Source: Verrucomicrobiia bacterium (GTDB lineage: Bacteria; Verrucomicrobiota; Verrucomicrobiia; Limisphaerales; DASXHY01). Taken from it: a stretch of DNA of 64,000 nt. The stretch lies in NCBI GenBank assembly GCA_035629175.1, contig DASPIL010000001.1, positions 65,318 to 129,317 on the forward strand, in the 5' to 3' direction. Below the pieces are notes generated by a model. The model was not told where the DNA came from, did no database searches, and saw nothing but the letters and a program-made list of their open reading frames with translations. The translations under genes and the position numbers were made by a program. This document shows positions 61,692 through 64,000 of this stretch, in pieces. The stretch's first letter is position 1, and each line of letters begins with the position of its first letter.

Positions 61692-64000
61692 ATGACCACG
61701 ACCAACACAGGATCGATCGAGCGTTCGCTGCGCGGCTTCTGGAGTCTTTTCGCAACGCAATTTCAGGGCGCGTTCAGTGACAATCTTTTCAAGTTCCTGG
61801 TCGTTTTCCTCATCACCAGCACGCGCCCGCCCGCGGAAAGGGACAAGCTGATCTCGCTCGCCCTGGGTCTTTTTTCCCTGCCGTTCGTGCTGTTCTCGAT
61901 GACAGGCGGCTTCCTGGCGGATCGATTCAGCAAGCGCTCCGTGATCATCGGGACGAAAGTCGCCGAGGTCGCTATCATGCTGCTGGCACTGCTCGGACTG
62001 TGGCTTGGAAGCATCCCATTCCTGTTTGCCGTGCTGTTCCTCATGAGCGCGCAAAGCGCTGCGTTTGGGCCATCGAAGTATGGGTCGCTGCCGGAGTTGC
62101 TGCCTGAAAAACGGTTGTCGTGGGGCAACGGAATCCTCGGGCTCGGCACCTTTGTCGCCATCATCACAGGAAGCGTCGCCGCAGGCCTCCTGCACAAACA
62201 CCTGGGAGCGGCTCGTTATCTTTCCGGTTTCGTTCTGGTCGGACTGGCGGTGGTTGGATGGTGGACAAGCCTGGGCGTGACACGCTGTCCACCCGCCAAC
62301 CCAGCCAAACAGTTCCAGTTCAATCCAGTGCGGGACTTCTGGCAAAACTGGAAAAGCATTGGCAGCGATCGCGTCCTGAAACTCGCCGTGGCCGGCAGCA
62401 CGTACTTCTGGTTTATCGCCGCTCTGTTTGGTGAGCCCACCGTGCTGATCTACAGCCAGGACATTCTGAAGCTCGCTGAGGATCAGGTGATGTACTTGCG
62501 CGGTGGAATGGCAATCGGCATCGGGCTCGGCAGTCTCGTTGCGGGATTTGTTTCGGGTCGAAAAATCGAATACGGACTCATCCCGCTGGGCGCCGCCGGC
62601 CTTGCCTCGTGTGCCGCAGCGTTGGGTCTCGTGGAGTTGACTGCCATTCAGGCCGGAATCATCCTGGCCCTCCTCGGCTTCTCAGGCGGGTTCTATATCG
62701 TCCCGATCAACGCCCTGATCCAGCATCGCCCCGCCGCTGAAAACAAGGGGTCTGTCGTGGCCGCCAACCTGTGGCTGTCGGCTGTCGGCGTTGCGCTTGC
62801 CTCAGGCGCGTTCTGGCTGCTTCGATCTGTTCTCCAACTGGAACCCACCACCATCTTCGTGGTCGGCGCTGTCGTGACGGCTGTCGGGACCGCTTACGCG
62901 GTGAAGCTCGTTCCGGACTCCTTGCTGCGTTTCGTGCTGTGGCTGCTCGTGCACACCATTTATCGCGTGCGGGTGCTGGGCCGGGATCACATTCCGACGA
63001 AGGGTGGCGCGTTGTTCGTCTGCAATCACGTGTCGTTTGTCGACGCGCTGCTGATGCTTGCATCCACGGATCGCAGGGTGCGGTTCATCATGTTCAAGGC
63101 TCACTATGAACTCCCGTGCATCCGGCCCTTCGCACGCATCCTCGGCGTCATTCCAATCTCTTCCGAGCAACGTCCGCGCGAGTTGATCCAGTCGCTGCAA
63201 ACCGCCAGTGAAGCCATTCGCGGGGGGGATGTTGTCTGTATCTTTGCTGAAGGGCAGATCACCCGGACAGGACACTTGCTTCCGTTCCGCCGCGGATTCG
63301 AAAAAATCATGAAGGATGTGGAGGCGCCAATCATTCCCGTGGGCATCGATGGTGTCTGGGGCAGCATCTTCAGTTTCGACAAGGGAAGATTCCTCTGGAA
63401 GCTGCCGCGGCGCCTGCCGTATCCCGTGACGATCAACTTCGGCGCGGCGCTTTCCCGCGAGTCCAACCCGATGCAGGTGCGCAGTGCCGTCCAGGAATTG
63501 CTGGCCGAGGCGTGGTCGCTGCGAAAGGCAAGAATGCGGCCGCTGCCAATCGCGTTCGTGCACACGGCACGCCGCTATCCACTTCGATTCGCTTTTGGCG
63601 ATGCCCAGGGAACGCGGCTGAAGTTTTTCCCAGCATTGGTGCGGTCAATTGTCCTCGCCCGGCGATTGAGACACGTCTGGCGAGATCAGGAAATGGTGGG
63701 CCTGTTGATGCCTCCTTCCATTGCGGGGGCTTTGTTGAATTACGCCGCGTTGCTGTTGGGGAAAGTTCCGGTGAACCTCAACTACACGGTCTCGGACGCA
63801 ACACTCGCATCGTGTGCCAATCAATGCGGCCTCCGCACGATCGTCAGTTCGAGATCATTCCTGAGCAAGGTGAAGCTGCAGGTGCCCGTGCAACTCATTT
63901 TCCTGGAGGAACTGATGGGCGTTGCGCGCAGTGAACCTGCGTCGTCGGGCAATCCCTCGGTTCAGCCCATTCTCGGCGGTATCGAAGCAAATGGCGGCAG
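61692..64000 (+). CDS. Aas-like trifunctional protein (MFS domain + PlsC acyltransferase + AMP-dependent ligase), 3' end outside the window
   Basis: My own translation from the ATG at 61692 reads MTTTNTGSIERSLRGFWSLFATQFQGAFSDNLFKFLVVF... (MFS). It continues with CNHVSFVDALLM...FAEGQITRTG (HX4D acyltransferase), then the start of an AMP-binding domain. No stop before 64000, so it is missing from the ORF track. Confidence 0.85.
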   Translation, partial: MTTTNTGSIERSLRGFWSLFATQFQGAFSDNLFKFLVVFLITSTRPPAERDKLISLALGLFSLPFVLFSMTGGFLADRFSKRSVIIGTKVAEVAIMLLALLGLWLGSIPFLFAVLFLMSAQSAAFGPSKYGSLPELLPEKRLSWGNGILGLGTFVAIITGSVAAGLLHKHLGAARYLSGFVLVGLAVVGWWTSLGVTRCPPANPAKQFQFNPVRDFWQNWKSIGSDRVLKLAVAGSTYFWFIAALFGEPTVLIYSQDILKLAEDQVMYLRGGMAIGIGLGSLVAGFVSGRKIEYGLIPLGAAGLASCAAALGLVELTAIQAGIILALLGFSGGFYIVPINALIQHRPAAENKGSVVAANLWLSAVGVALASGAFWLLRSVLQLEPTTIFVVGAVVTAVGTAYAVKLVPDSLLRFVLWLLVHTIYRVRVLGRDHIPTKGGALFVCNHVSFVDALLMLASTDRRVRFIMFKAHYELPCIRPFARILGVIPISSEQRPRELIQSLQTASEAIRGGDVVCIFAEGQITRTGHLLPFRRGFEKIMKDVEAPIIPVGIDGVWGSIFSFDKGRFLWKLPRRLPYPVTINFGAALSRESNPMQVRSAVQELLAEAWSLRKARMRPLPIAFVHTARRYPLRFAFGDAQGTRLKFFPALVRSIVLARRLRHVWRDQEMVGLLMPPSIAGALLNYAALLLGKVPVNLNYTVSDATLASCANQCGLRTIVSSRSFLSKVKLQVPVQLIFLEELMGVARSEPASSGNPSVQPILGGIEANGG

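Noticed and set aside
1-64000. Search for tRNA, rRNA, riboswitch, prophage, integrase, transposase or known defence genes.
   Set aside because: Nothing recognisable by eye apart from the group II intron. Intergenic regions are short except at the repeat array. A tRNAscan/Infernal run would be needed to exclude small RNAs formally.

Overview
GC-rich bacterial chromosomal window. It is probably from Verrucomicrobiota or a related PVC lineage. That is inferred from an HX9DG prepilin-like protein, secreted pectin-degrading enzymes with acidic Ca-binding-like tails, and sigma-TM fusion proteins.

Layout:
1. 50-8412 (minus strand): compact flagellar cluster, small membrane ORF-fliA-motA-motB-orf89 followed by flgF-flgG-flgA-flgH-flgI-flgJ(rod-binding only)-flgN. 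A shared sigma-54-like motif sits in front of both transcription units.
2. 8719-11348: SRPBCC protein, a YqjD/ElaB-YqjE-YqjK-like module and a beta-barrel outer membrane protein.
3. 11448-13350: an apparently intact ORF-containing group II intron with class-C-like features, inserted just after the intrinsic terminator of the OMP gene.
4. 13400-20645: HX9DG pseudopilin-like gene, a zinc-ribbon/beta-propeller membrane protein, a YgbA-family Cys-rich protein, a large conserved-looking hypothetical, and a hybrid histidine kinase whose H-box histidine appears replaced.
5. 20948-28990: pectin/rhamnogalacturonan block (DUF3826, two PL1-type lyases, GH95, TIM-barrel isomerase). Further pectin genes lie at 43685 (GH105/88), 52455 (GH78) and 59342 (PL11).
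6. 29087-43648: a GT26(WecB/TagA)-STAS-STAS fusion, GT4, esterase, rpoD, two amidohydrolases, an M48 protease, a membrane-fused spermidine-synthase-like protein and an ECF-sigma-TM-coiled-coil fusion.
7. 45215-46286: non-coding tandem array of about 4.2 units of roughly 255 bp with mosaic variant structure.
8. 46497-52297: Pat-like acetyltransferase, a cluster of tiny membrane/stress proteins, a BON lipoprotein and a TrxB-like oxidoreductase.
9. 56830-59204: two tandem paralogous single-TM helical-repeat proteins bracketed by two direct copies of a roughly 100-nt dispersed repeat.
10. 61692 to the window end: an MFS-PlsC-AMP-ligase (Aas-like) gene that is absent from the ORF track because it has no stop in the window.

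I recognised no rRNA, tRNA, CRISPR array, prophage or known defence system. I cannot point to a clear novel multi-gene system. The most unusual signals are the tandem array, the repeat-flanked paralog pair, the GT26-STAS fusion, the degenerate kinase and the intron.
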